From Flavobacteriales bacterium (GTDB lineage Bacteria; Bacteroidota; Bacteroidia; Palsa-965), in assembly GCA_040377305.1 (NCBI GenBank), contig JBEIPA010000005.1, positions 64,001 through 128,000 on the forward strand: a stretch of DNA of 64,000 bases, given 5' to 3'. Numbering within the stretch: the first letter of the stretch is position 1; each line of letters opens with the position of its first letter. The position numbers and the translations under genes were made by a program. Shown here one piece after another: positions 54,181-64,000 of the stretch. The notes under the pieces are model-generated. The model searched no databases. It saw only the letters and a program-made list of their open reading frames with translations, and had not been told where the DNA came from.

Positions 54181-55575
54181 CTAGAGCATAACGCCTTGCA
54201 GCAAGGCCATGGAAATGTTGAAGTAAATCAGGAGTCCGGTTACATCAACCAACGTTGCAACGAATGGTGTAGAAGAAACAGCAGGATCAAGTCCGAGGCG
54301 CTTCAGCAACAATGGCAACAGCGATCCCATCAAACAACCCCACAGTACTATACCGACAAGCGTAATGGAAACCGTAAGTCCGATGAGCAACCAATGCGGA
54401 CCGTAATCATCAATCCACTTGGTCCAGATCAATACGCGTAAAAATCCCATTGCGCCGAGAACCGCACCGAGCACTAAACCTGACCCGAGTTCCTTCTTAA
54501 GAATGCGGAACCAATCGCGCACCGTAATTTCTCCCAACGCCAAAGCGCGGATGACCAATGTCGATGCCTGCGATCCCGAGTTTCCTCCGCTGGAAATAAT
54601 GAGCGGAATAAATATCGCGAGGATAACTGCTTTCTCGATTTTGTCATGGTAAAAACTCATCGCCGTTACCGTGAGCGTTTCTCCAATGAAGAGAATGGCG
54701 AGCCACCCGACACGTTTACGTATCATCTGCCAGAACGGGACGTTCATGTAAGGCTCATCGAGCGCTTCCACACCACCCATCTTCTGCACGTCTTCCGTGT
54801 TCTCTTCACGAATAACGTCGACGATATCGTCAACCGTAATTCTTCCAACGAGGCGATTCAGTGAATCAACAACCGGAATTACTACGAGATCGTACTTGTC
54901 CATCACCTGCGCAACTTCTTCTGCAGGTTCATTCACTTTTACGCTCACGATACCCGGATTGAACACTTCGGTGATCGGAGTGCGCAAAGGTTTGGTCAAA
55001 AGATTTTTCAACGAAAGCAAACCGACGAGGCGCTCATCATCATCTACAACATAAATCGTGTAAATGTTTTCTACGCCTTCTGCCTGCTTACGGATTTCAC
55101 GAACGCATTCCCAGACATTCTTCGAAGAATGAACTTTCACAAGCTCTTTTGCCATGATACCACCTGCAGTATCCGGATCGTAATTGAGGAGATCGACGAT
55201 GTCACTCGCCTGCTCCATGTCTTCTACGTGCGAGAGGACTTCATCCTGCTGCTCATCCGAAAGTTCCCCGAGTACATCCGCAGCATCATCCGTGGCAAGG
55301 TTGTCGATTACTTTATCGGCAATTTCTTCCGAAGAAAGACGAGACAGAATCATTTCCCGCTTGTCGTCGTCGAGCAACAGAATTGCTTCAGCGGCGAGCT
55401 CTTCCGGCAAATAGAGATATGCTTTTACAGCTTCTTCGTCCTCGAATAAGTTGAGGATTTCAGCTGCATCGGCAGGGTGTAATTCGTCTAGATGATGAAG
55501 AATAAACTCTCTGTCGCCCGCGTCGATTGCGTTGCGAAGATCATCGAGGAATTCATCTGTGATCTCGAGTGACAT
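54181..55575 (-). CDS. mgtE: Magnesium transporter MgtE
   Basis: LHPADAA, CBS pair, SGGNSGSQ, DPA..S.PFVATLVDVTG. Confidence 0.96.
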   Translation of the reverse strand: MSLEITDEFLDDLRNAIDAGDREFILHHLDELHPADAAEILNLFEDEEAVKAYLYLPEELAAEAILLLDDDKREMILSRLSSEEIADKVIDNLATDDAADVLGELSDEQQDEVLSHVEDMEQASDIVDLLNYDPDTAGGIMAKELVKVHSSKNVWECVREIRKQAEGVENIYTIYVVDDDERLVGLLSLKNLLTKPLRTPITEVFNPGIVSVKVNEPAEEVAQVMDKYDLVVIPVVDSLNRLVGRITVDDIVDVIREENTEDVQKMGGVEALDEPYMNVPFWQMIRKRVGWLAILFIGETLTVTAMSFYHDKIEKAVILAIFIPLIISSGGNSGSQASTLVIRALALGEITVRDWFRILKKELGSGLVLGAVLGAMGFLRVLIWTKWIDDYGPHWLLIGLTVSITLVGIVLWGCLMGSLLPLLLKRLGLDPAVSSTPFVATLVDVTGLLIYFNISMALLQGVML

Positions 55576-55677
55576 GAGGGAGGTTTATCCATTGTTTTAC
55601 AGTGCGCCGCGAAGTTACGGATTGTTTCCGGTCCCTGTTCCCTGTTGAACATTGAACATTATAAGGGAACGTGGATC

Positions 55678-56469
55678 TTACCCCGCGGTCTTTCTTACCC
55701 TCAGTATATTAGTTAACTGAACGAATTCAGCAACCGAAAGCCTTTCCGGCCGCTCTGTGAAAACAGGATTCTTCTCCTCTCCGGGAACAATGTCAAACGC
55801 GTGTAAAGAATTTCGCATTTGCTTTCTGCGTTGATTGAATGCGGCTTTTACCACTTGTTTGAACATCACTTCATCACATCCAAGCTGAGTTGTGTTATTT
55901 CTGCGTAAACGAATTACCGCAGAGTTAACATTCGGTGGTGGTGTAAAAACTGTTGGAGGGACAGTAAAGAGATACTCAATATCGTACCAAGCCTGCAACA
56001 ACACGCTGGTGATTCCGTACGTTTTCGTTCCCGGTTTTTCCGCGATGCGCAAAGCAACTTCTTTCTGAAACATTCCTACAACTTCAGGTACTGAATCTTT
56101 AAAGTCGAGTACACGAAATAATATCTGTGTGGAGATATTGTACGGAAAGTTGCCAATAACCGCTGCCGGCTCGCTGAAAAAATCAGTCAGGTCGTGGCGA
56201 AGAAAATCAGATGCGATAATTCGCGGGCGCAACTCCGGATAATGTTCATTAAGGTAAGCAACGGACTCGCGATCGATTTCACACACCCACGTTTCAAGAT
56301 CGTTCCTGCCCAGAAGAAATTTGGTGAGTACACCCATTCCCGGTCCGACTTCAAGCGCCTTTTTGTATTTGCCATCGGGCTGCAATGACATCGCAATTTT
56401 CTCTGCAATGCCCTGATCATTCAGAAAGTGCTGACCAAGATGTTTTTTCGGACGTACGGATAAGCTCAT
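55678..56469 (-). CDS. rsmA: 16S rRNA dimethyladenosine transferase
   Basis: KKHLGQHFL, EVGPGMG, GNFPYNIS, F.PPP.V.SAV. Confidence 0.97.
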   Translation of the reverse strand: MSLSVRPKKHLGQHFLNDQGIAEKIAMSLQPDGKYKKALEVGPGMGVLTKFLLGRNDLETWVCEIDRESVAYLNEHYPELRPRIIASDFLRHDLTDFFSEPAAVIGNFPYNISTQILFRVLDFKDSVPEVVGMFQKEVALRIAEKPGTKTYGITSVLLQAWYDIEYLFTVPPTVFTPPPNVNSAVIRLRRNNTTQLGCDEVMFKQVVKAAFNQRRKQMRNSLHAFDIVPGEEKNPVFTERPERLSVAEFVQLTNILRVRKTAG

Positions 56470-56472
56470 AAT

Positions 56473-56775
56473 TTAGTCGATGTGCTCGAGCAATGTACGG
56501 AATGCAGTGAACTTTCCGCCATACATTTTGTGTGCATCGTCACGTAATCCTTGCGCATGGTTCTCGAGATAGCGATCAACGTCTTCCATGGTATTGGCAG
56601 AATACTGAATGGAATAACTCACGCCCTGTTGTTCTTCGACGAGAATGCGAAACATTTTTCCTTCTGTAAAACAGCCGGTGTTCACCACTTCAGGAATGTG
56701 TTTTGATTTCATCCACACGAGCCATTCGTCGTGACATGAATCGTCGATGTTTACGGTTACGTTGTAAATGATCAT
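56473..56775 (-). CDS. DUF4286 family protein
   Basis: MIIYNVTVN...WL.WM...HIP, YSIQY, AFRTLLE. Confidence 0.85.
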   Translation of the reverse strand: MIIYNVTVNIDDSCHDEWLVWMKSKHIPEVVNTGCFTEGKMFRILVEEQQGVSYSIQYSANTMEDVDRYLENHAQGLRDDAHKMYGGKFTAFRTLLEHID

Positions 56776-56782
56776 AGCAAAA

Positions 56783-58636
56783 TTATTCCTGAATAGTGTC
56801 CCCGCGCAATTGGCGATAACGCTTCTGCGCGTCGACCTTGAACAAGCTGCCCGGGAATTTTGTAATCACGTCGAGATAGTACTGTTTCGCTTTCTCTTTA
56901 TCATTGAGATAATAATCGTACAATTCTGCCATGCGATAAGTTGCATCATCACCAAGAATGTCGAAGGAATAGTTGTCGATAATTCCCTGAAGAAATGTAA
57001 CAGCTAGCTTGTAGTTTTGTTGTTTGAACGCAATCTTGTAACGCATGTACAGGATATCATCCGCTAATCCGTGTGTTGGATATTCGCTTTCAATCGAGTC
57101 GAGATAAACGATTGCTTTCGAATAGTTGTTCTGAAACACCATCAGGTCTGCTTTCGCGAATAACATCAATGGTGCAGGATTACTGTCGAGCGCAAGATTG
57201 TCGGTAATGAGCATCGACAGGTAAATTGCGTCGTTTGCAATCGGTCGTTGTGGTGCTTCTTTCAGAATAGCGAGTTGCGTTTGTGCCCAATGGAAATCGC
57301 CGATGTAAAAAGCAACTTTCGCGTTCTTCAGTTTTGCTTCGTGACCAACCGGCTCGGTTTTGAATGCTTTCTCCACCTGAGAATAGCGCAACGATGCTTC
57401 CCACACTTGTCCGTCGAGCAACAACACATCGCCCAACTCGAGTTTTGCCCAGGCCAATCTGCCTGCCTGCACACCCGGCAATGCAATCGCTTCTTCGAGC
57501 AACGTAATTGCAGCTTTTGTCTTCTGCAGATAGAATGCCTGCAGGTGCGCCAGACGAACCATCAACGAAAGTGTCTCGGAATTTTTCCCGAGTTCCGCCA
57601 ACGTTGCTATCATTTCCTCTTCCACCGAAAGCAGATCGACGGTTGTGTAATCCGGACGGGTTGTCACTTCCAGGTAACGCGTATTGACTTTTTCAATCTT
57701 CGCGCGATTGTAATTGTCTTTCGTTGGCCCGAGAGAAATCACGTAATCGTACGCATCCGTTGCAACCGTGTACTGACGATTAGCCCGTGCAGTTTCTGCA
57801 AGATCCATGACGCGCCATCCTTCGAGATTATCACGTCGGTCAACTGCTTTTGCCTGCACCAATGCCATCTGGAAATTGTTTTCCTGCATGTAGTACCACA
57901 TCAGCATGTCGTTCCAGATTGTTTTGTCGGGCTGCTTTTGCGAACGTTTGATTAATTCTGTGCGAAGAATGGTTGAGATCTTATTGTCTAGATCAGTATC
58001 GAGGTGCATCTGCAATAAATCCTGAACCTGTTTTTTGTATCCGTCTGAAACTTCAAGAAGATCGAGATACTCGGTAACCATATTCTGGTAATCTTTCTTT
58101 ATTGCGTAAACTTCAGCCAGCTCAATGTTGAACGTGTATTGAACGCTCAGTTCTTTGCGGCCTTTCTTCAGCGCATCAATGGCGAAATCAGTTTCATTGA
58201 TTCCCAGAAAAGCATCGGATACTTCTATCACGTGCTTCGGTGAAGTATTCTGATTGATTCCATCCACCGCGCCCTTGAATTCCTTCTTCGCTTTGTCTTC
58301 TTCGTTATTGGCGCGATGCACACGACCGAGATCAATCTTGTAACGAAGATCCCAGGTCTTGTCGGACTGTTGCTTCTTCACCGTTTTCTCTGCCTTCTTG
58401 AAATTCTTCGTGAAGATGAGACAGTTCAGATAGTAGTTGTAATAAAGCGCGATCGGATTTTTGTTATACAGTTTCTCGTAGTACACCACGGCTTTATCAT
58501 AATCGCCCGACTGGTAGTACTGAACGGCCAACTGCTCATCAGGAGACATTGGAATATCCACGGTGTCGTCCTGCGCGTGAAGCCTCGTAAAAGGAAGCAG
58601 CACTATTAAAAACAAAAGGACAGCTATTCTCTGCAT
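56783..58636 (-). CDS. Exported TPR-repeat protein
   Basis: Signal peptide, TPR-like helices, C-terminal YRQLRGD. Confidence 0.85.
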   Translation of the reverse strand: MQRIAVLLFLIVLLPFTRLHAQDDTVDIPMSPDEQLAVQYYQSGDYDKAVVYYEKLYNKNPIALYYNYYLNCLIFTKNFKKAEKTVKKQQSDKTWDLRYKIDLGRVHRANNEEDKAKKEFKGAVDGINQNTSPKHVIEVSDAFLGINETDFAIDALKKGRKELSVQYTFNIELAEVYAIKKDYQNMVTEYLDLLEVSDGYKKQVQDLLQMHLDTDLDNKISTILRTELIKRSQKQPDKTIWNDMLMWYYMQENNFQMALVQAKAVDRRDNLEGWRVMDLAETARANRQYTVATDAYDYVISLGPTKDNYNRAKIEKVNTRYLEVTTRPDYTTVDLLSVEEEMIATLAELGKNSETLSLMVRLAHLQAFYLQKTKAAITLLEEAIALPGVQAGRLAWAKLELGDVLLLDGQVWEASLRYSQVEKAFKTEPVGHEAKLKNAKVAFYIGDFHWAQTQLAILKEAPQRPIANDAIYLSMLITDNLALDSNPAPLMLFAKADLMVFQNNYSKAIVYLDSIESEYPTHGLADDILYMRYKIAFKQQNYKLAVTFLQGIIDNYSFDILGDDATYRMAELYDYYLNDKEKAKQYYLDVITKFPGSLFKVDAQKRYRQLRGDTIQE

Positions 58637-58638
58637 GG

Positions 58639-59214
58639 TTATGGAACCTGAACTGTTGCAACACGTGCGCTCATCATGTTGACGTACTCGTTCACCTTTG
58701 GTAACAATGTATCGTACGATTTGCGCGTATTCTCGAGAGAAGTTTTCAGTTCATTCGCGTACGAGTGAATTGCATTAACCTGCGTTGATTCATGTACAAC
58801 ACTTGCCTTGCCATCAATTCCCTCAGCGAGTGAATGATTCTCCAGATCGTGTTTCAGATTTTCAAGCCCTCTGTTCATGGAATCTATTGCATTGCTCAAA
58901 CGTTCAACTTCACTATTCACGAAACTGTACCTGTTTCCAGTCTCACGGTATTCTGTCAATAACAGTGCCGTGCTGTAGTCAAGTGTATCTCCTAGTTTGT
59001 TCACGTTGAACTGAATGAATTTGCTGTTATCCGCAATGTCCTGCGTGCGGCGCGCAATGTCTGCAGTATTCAGCGATGCAATCAATGAATCTGTTGAACC
59101 AAGCACCTTCTTCAGGCTATCGATTTCCGACAGCTCATGCGAATAATCTTCTCCCTTACAAGTTACGAGAAGGAGAGCGATTACGATGATGTATGGTAGA
59201 TGCAGATGCTTCAT
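58639..59214 (-). CDS. Coiled-coil lipoprotein
   Basis: LVTC lipobox; helical heptads. Confidence 0.75.
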   Translation of the reverse strand: MKHLHLPYIIVIALLLVTCKGEDYSHELSEIDSLKKVLGSTDSLIASLNTADIARRTQDIADNSKFIQFNVNKLGDTLDYSTALLLTEYRETGNRYSFVNSEVERLSNAIDSMNRGLENLKHDLENHSLAEGIDGKASVVHESTQVNAIHSYANELKTSLENTRKSYDTLLPKVNEYVNMMSARVATVQVP

Positions 59215-59271
59215 TAATTCCTAATAATTACTAAAATGGTGCCGCGCCTCTGTCTCCGCCGCGCCACCGCG

Positions 59272-60543
59272 TTACATTATTTTATCAAAGCCCGTGTACG
59301 GACGTAACACTTTCGGAATGTTGATTCCATCAGGTGTCTGATTATTCTCCAATAAGGCGGCAACAATTCGCGGCAATGCCAGAGCAGAGCCATTGAGCGT
59401 GTGTGCAAGAACTGGCTTCGCATCACCTTCGCGGTAACGCAACTTCAAGCGATTGCTTTGGAATGTTTCGAAGTTTGAAACGGAGCTTACTTCCAGCCAC
59501 TTTTGTTGTGCAGAAGAATAGACTTCCATGTCGTAAGTCTGCGCCGAAGCAAAGCCCATGTCGCCACCACACAACAAAAGTGTGCGGAAAGGCAATTCAA
59601 GTTCTTTTAAAAGTCCGGCAACATACTCGCGCATTTCTTCGAGCGCAGCATAAGATTTTGACGGATGTGCAATCTGCACGATCTCTACTTTATCAAATTG
59701 GTGTAAGCGATTTAGTCCGCGAACATCTTTCCCGTAAGAACCCGCTTCGCGACGGAAGCATGGCGTGTAACCGCAATTCTTGATCGGCAGATCTTCCGCT
59801 TTCACAATTACATCGCGGTAAATATTGGTGATCGGAACTTCTGCTGTTGGAATCAGAAACAGATCATCGACCTGGCAATGGTACATCTGTCCTTCTTTAT
59901 CCGGAAGCTGTCCTGTTCCGAAACCTGAATCCTTATTGATCAGAATTGGCGGTTGAACTTCAATGTAACCTGCAGCTGTTGCTTTATCGAGGAAGTAATT
60001 AATCAACGCTCTTTGCAAACGTGCACCTTTTCCTTTGTAAACAGGAAATCCGGCACCGGTAATTTTTACACCCAGTTCGAAATCGATGAGATCATACTTC
60101 GTCGTGAGGTCCCAATGCGGAACCGCACCATCGTACAGTTTTGGAATTTCTCCGTGCGCAAAAACTTCTTTGTTCTCTTCCGGAGTTTTTCCAACAGGCA
60201 CAGCTTCGTTCGGCGCATTCGGAACCTGAACAAGTACATTATACTGCTCTGTTTCCAAACGATCGAGCGCTTCCTGGTGATTCTTCTCTGCTTCTTTGAG
60301 TGAGCTGGTTTTCGCTTTCACCTCTTCAGCTTCCGCTTTCTTTCCCGACTTCATCAATTCACCAATCTGGCGTGAGAGCGTATTCGATTCTGCTTTCACT
60401 GCTTCCAGTGCGGTTAATACTTTGCGACGCTCTTCATCGAGGCGTGCAATTTCATTGATAAATTTCGCACCGTCGATTGGACGTTTTGCCAATCGTCTGA
60501 TGATTTCGTCTTTGTTTTCGCGGATGACCTGTAGTTGTAACAT
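59272..60543 (-). CDS. serS: Serine--tRNA ligase
   Basis: LIPTAEVP, FRREAGSYG, RLHQFDKVE, HTLNGS; -7 box TAACTTTG at 60572-60565. Confidence 0.98.
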   Translation of the reverse strand: MLQLQVIRENKDEIIRRLAKRPIDGAKFINEIARLDEERRKVLTALEAVKAESNTLSRQIGELMKSGKKAEAEEVKAKTSSLKEAEKNHQEALDRLETEQYNVLVQVPNAPNEAVPVGKTPEENKEVFAHGEIPKLYDGAVPHWDLTTKYDLIDFELGVKITGAGFPVYKGKGARLQRALINYFLDKATAAGYIEVQPPILINKDSGFGTGQLPDKEGQMYHCQVDDLFLIPTAEVPITNIYRDVIVKAEDLPIKNCGYTPCFRREAGSYGKDVRGLNRLHQFDKVEIVQIAHPSKSYAALEEMREYVAGLLKELELPFRTLLLCGGDMGFASAQTYDMEVYSSAQQKWLEVSSVSNFETFQSNRLKLRYREGDAKPVLAHTLNGSALALPRIVAALLENNQTPDGINIPKVLRPYTGFDKIM

Positions 60544-60635
60544 AATTGATATTTATTCTGATGTCAAAGTTAACCAAACAAGAACACCCGACTCTTGCGA
60601 GACGGGTGCCTTTAATACAATAGAGTAGTTCTCGC

Positions 60636-60899
60636 TTACTCTGCGTTAACAGCTTCAACGGAAACATACGAACGTTCATCGCGCTTCTTTGTGAATTTCA
60701 CGATGCCGTCAGTAAGTGCAAACAGTGTATGGTCTTTCCCCATTCCAACGTTTGGACCAGCGAAGTGCTTAGTGCCACGCTGACGAACGATGATGTTCCC
60801 AGCAATAGCAGCCTGTCCGCCGTAGATCTTAATTCCTAGACGCGGCGAGCGGGATTCGCGGCCGTTCTTTACTTTACCTTCACCTTTTTTATGTGCCAT
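60636..60899 (-). CDS. rpmA: 50S ribosomal protein L27
   Basis: MAHKKG...NGRES...[13 protein letters not shown]. Confidence 0.99.
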   Translation of the reverse strand: MAHKKGEGKVKNGRESRSPRLGIKIYGGQAAIAGNIIVRQRGTKHFAGPNVGMGKDHTLFALTDGIVKFTKKRDERSYVSVEAVNAE

Positions 60900-60963
60900 T
60901 GTTCTATGGTGTTAGTTGTGCTTGTCAGACTGATGATATTCTAAGGCTGACAATCGCAACGGT

Positions 60964-61503
60964 TTAGTCTTCTTTTTTCTTCTTAGTTGTTTTCTTCGCT
61001 GCTGCTTTCTTAGGAGCTGCTGCTTTTTTCGCTGCTTTCTTCGGCTTCTCTTCTACTACCTCTTCAACTTCTTCGGCCTCAACTTCAGCTACTGCGTAAA
61101 CGCGCTTAGTTTGCTGCTTACGTGAACGCGCTTGCAATTCGCGCATTGAAGCAACTTCAGTTTTCGCATCTTCAGCACTGAGTTTTTCTCCTTTTCCAAG
61201 TACTCCCTGGATGAAGAGCTCAGTCATCTGCTGACGGTGACCGTTCAGCTTGCGATAACCTTTACGGCGTTTCTTTTTGAAGACGAGCACTTTGTCGCCT
61301 TGTACGTGTGCAAGCACTTTTGCTGCTACACGTGCCCCGTCTACTGCAGGGGAACCAACGGTGATTTTACCGTCGTTGTCAATGAGAAGGACTTTTGCGA
61401 ACTCTACGTTCTCACCTTCATTAGCCTCGAGGCGGTGCACAAAAACACGTTGTTTTTTTGCCACTTTGTACTGGAGCCCGGCTATTTCTACGATTGCGTA
61501 CAT
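60964..61503 (-). CDS. rplU: 50S ribosomal protein L21 with C-terminal extension
   Basis: [23 protein letters not shown]...GHRQ; -7 box TATCTTTG at 61547-61540. Confidence 0.98.
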   Translation of the reverse strand: MYAIVEIAGLQYKVAKKQRVFVHRLEANEGENVEFAKVLLIDNDGKITVGSPAVDGARVAAKVLAHVQGDKVLVFKKKRRKGYRKLNGHRQQMTELFIQGVLGKGEKLSAEDAKTEVASMRELQARSRKQQTKRVYAVAEVEAEEVEEVVEEKPKKAAKKAAAPKKAAAKKTTKKKKED

Positions 61504-61685
61504 GATTAGAATTTTAGTCGTTTTTCCCTAAAAGGGACGCAAAGATACTAACAATGCGCTAATGTGCCAATTTGCTTATACGCTAAATCGAAGGAAAAAT
61601 GGCGATTTGCGCGATTTTATTGAAATTTTCGGCGAATTTCAACTGCGCTGATTAGCAAATTAACCCACAAACAAGTAAGCCAACT

Positions 61686-62402
61686 TTAGTATGGATTCGT
61701 CTTCAGCCAGATGTAGACCACCTTATTCGTATTCCGATCCACGTTAATCGTGTAATTGGTGTGAGCACTTTCACCGGTTACTTCGTAGTCTACACTAAAG
61801 AGTTCTAACTCCGGATCATCGACGCCGTTTGCGAAACGATACCCGAGCATTTCAGTTGTAAGCTTCTGTCCCGCGTACAATGAATCGTTGTAATGTGTGA
61901 CGTAATAAATTTCTCCCATCACATCGTCGGGCAATAGTTCGTTGTCTTTGAGCTTTTGAATCGCAGCCTGATCGTCGGCAATACATGCCGCAACTGCATC
62001 ATCTGTAATCTTCAAATACTCTTCGGCTTTGCGCAATTCAGGCAATTCGAACAAGTAGGTGAAGGTTTCTCCTGCTTTTGATTCAGCAATAATCTTCAGG
62101 TGGGTTTCTCCTTCGAGATCTTTTTCTGAAAGTTCTGTTGCAATTTCTTTCGCCACTGAATTAGCCGCACGCTCACGTTCAACGTCTTCAATGTGCGAGC
62201 TGCAGTCTTTGAAGGTAAACGTGGTCATGCTCGTGCTAACGCCATTACTGGTTTCCGCAGAAACACCGCACGTAACACTGGAAGCATTCATATCGTCGAG
62301 GTATTTGTCTGCGACTTCCTGCTTGTGTTTGAATGCTTCTGTACACGAAGCCAGAAACAACATCAAGAATGCACATAGTACGATTGGGTTTGTTTTGCTC
62401 AT
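61686..62402 (-). CDS. Acidic lipoprotein
   Basis: LASC lipobox; 238-aa ORF. Confidence 0.75.
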   Translation of the reverse strand: MSKTNPIVLCAFLMLFLASCTEAFKHKQEVADKYLDDMNASSVTCGVSAETSNGVSTSMTTFTFKDCSSHIEDVERERAANSVAKEIATELSEKDLEGETHLKIIAESKAGETFTYLFELPELRKAEEYLKITDDAVAACIADDQAAIQKLKDNELLPDDVMGEIYYVTHYNDSLYAGQKLTTEMLGYRFANGVDDPELELFSVDYEVTGESAHTNYTINVDRNTNKVVYIWLKTNPY

Positions 62403-62435
62403 CTTATTCTGTTTTTAGGTTTAGAATTCGTGACA

Positions 62436-63785
62436 TTACGAGATATGCTTGAGGATTAACTGTTCCACTTCCTCCGTGTCCCACTTCTGATCAATGTTCG
62501 GAACCGCCGCCATCACTTTCTTCATGATCACGTCCTGCTGAGCGCCTTTCTCCAGTGCGTATGAATAACGAATGTCTGGACGATAAGTTACCATCGTGTA
62601 CTGCGGCACCCATTTATCCGGATGCTTTTCGCTGAACCACGCTTCAATTTTTTTCTGCAACAGAAATTTCGGATCAGCGGTTTTGTCACGCATCTCAATG
62701 AAGTTGCCGAGTGCTAAATCTGCCACTGCATCTCCGTCTGGCTTCCGAAGATTTTCGTAAGCACCCATGATCTCGCTCCAGTTCTCTTTGTGTTTGGTGA
62801 TCAGTTCATCCAACACAACACAGTCTTCAAAACCGCAATTCATACCTTGTCCGTAGAAAGGAACAATAGCATGAGCTGCATCACCAATCAATGCAAGTTT
62901 ATCGTCGAACGTCCACGGAAAACATTTCACCGTTACCAATGAAGATGTTGGATTGTGCATGAAATCTTCAATCAACGTTGGCATCAGCGGAACGGCATCC
63001 GGAAACACGCGCTCGAAAAATTCTTTCACTTCTTCCTTGGTCTTCAGCTTCGCAAACGAATTTTCTCCTTCGAACGGCATGAAGAGCGTACACGTAAAAG
63101 TTCCATCAATATTCGGTAGCGCAATCATCATAAAGCTCTTGCGCGGCCAGATGTGTAATGCGTTCTTTTCAATCAGAAATTCTCCGTTGGGCCCGGCCGG
63201 GATTACCAGTTCTTTATATCCGTGTTCAATGTAAAACTGGTTGTAAGTAAAACGATCATTCCCCAACATTGCACTCAATCGTGCGGCAGAGAAGGCTCCA
63301 TCCGATCCGAAAATCAAGTCGGAATTCACATGAGTTTCCTTGTGCGTTTTTTCGTGTATGAAAGAAGATTTGCCGGCTCGTGAATCCACATTCGTGCAGC
63401 GCTCTTCGAAATTGATTTTCACATTCGGCATGCTCTCCGCCAAATCCATCAGTTTCATATTGATTCCGGCACGAGAAACAGAATTGATTGCCTGCCCTGC
63501 TTTTCCATAAGGCTGAAATCCTGTAGTTCCATCCTGATTGTGAAGGAAACGACCGTACATCGGTATGGCAATCTTGCGGATCTCATCAGCAATACCTACG
63601 CCTTCGAGTCCACGAAAACCACGATCGCTCAACGCCAGGTTAATCGATTTTCCTGCGCTCATTTTATTCAGGCGCATATCGGCGCGACGTTCAAACACAT
63701 TCACATTATAACCACGCTTTGCGAGGTAAATAGAAAGCAGAGATCCAACGAGGCCTGCACCGATTACTGAAACACTTTTACTCAT
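62436..63785 (-). CDS. kmo: Kynurenine 3-monooxygenase
   Basis: GAGLVG, SINLALSDRG, LHIWPR..FMMIALPN, GDAAHAIVPFYGQGMNCGFED; ATG at 63785. Confidence 0.93.
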   Translation of the reverse strand: MSKSVSVIGAGLVGSLLSIYLAKRGYNVNVFERRADMRLNKMSAGKSINLALSDRGFRGLEGVGIADEIRKIAIPMYGRFLHNQDGTTGFQPYGKAGQAINSVSRAGINMKLMDLAESMPNVKINFEERCTNVDSRAGKSSFIHEKTHKETHVNSDLIFGSDGAFSAARLSAMLGNDRFTYNQFYIEHGYKELVIPAGPNGEFLIEKNALHIWPRKSFMMIALPNIDGTFTCTLFMPFEGENSFAKLKTKEEVKEFFERVFPDAVPLMPTLIEDFMHNPTSSLVTVKCFPWTFDDKLALIGDAAHAIVPFYGQGMNCGFEDCVVLDELITKHKENWSEIMGAYENLRKPDGDAVADLALGNFIEMRDKTADPKFLLQKKIEAWFSEKHPDKWVPQYTMVTYRPDIRYSYALEKGAQQDVIMKKVMAAVPNIDQKWDTEEVEQLILKHIS

Positions 63786-64000
63786 AATTCTCCTATAAGA
63801 CTGAATGACAAAGAAAATCAATTTACAGGTGCTCAGGCCCAATTTTGATTGCATTATATTTACACAAATTGCATTCCTGATATTAATCATACTGTTATAC
63901 GCATTACATGTTCGGAAACTTTCTGCGTTGGTGCATTAATACGTGGTTGAATATCACCGGAAAATCGATTTCACTCACTGAAAATCCCTGGTTGCGCGGA

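Noticed and set aside
63904-63999. Possible 3' end of an upstream minus-strand CDS (...PRNQGFSVSEIDFPVIFNHVLMHQRRKFPNM*)
   Set aside because: Only 31 codons visible; cannot be supported.

Overview
Bacteroidota chromosomal segment (Bacteroidota-type rpoB/rpoC/tuf, TAnnTTTG -7 promoter boxes, a T9SS cargo protein). About 1-20.1 kb is an accessory, defence-like region. It holds (i) a minus-strand DEDDh exonuclease / TIR / TIR-TM / lipoprotein / TIR-TM-ectodomain operon that runs off the left edge, directly behind a TPR histidine kinase + LytTR regulator pair; (ii) a plus-strand run of about 15 short diverse ORFs including a fourth TIR protein; and (iii) an AT-rich block with an OLD-type ABC-ATPase/TOPRIM nuclease plus unknown partner converging on a Helicase-DUF2290 pair, whose helicase has an in-frame stop. 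The region ends at a tRNA-Asp 3' fragment just after the rpoC terminator. From 20.2 to 64 kb is core genome: rpoC-rpoB-rplL-rplJ-rplA-rplK-nusG-secE-tRNA-Trp-tuf, four more tRNAs, hpf-xerC-rpsU, gmhA, pccB-like, fbp, lysC, mgtE, rsmA, serS, rpmA, rplU, kmo and several dispersed intergenic repeat families. Best candidate for an undescribed system: the multi-TIR membrane-receptor operon, whose promoter shares a precise architecture with two other promoters in the region (TTCRGAAA-like repeats at 21-bp period, then exactly 29 nt to a degenerate -7 box), suggesting a LytTR-controlled TIR regulon. All family calls are from motif recognition by eye; no searches were run.
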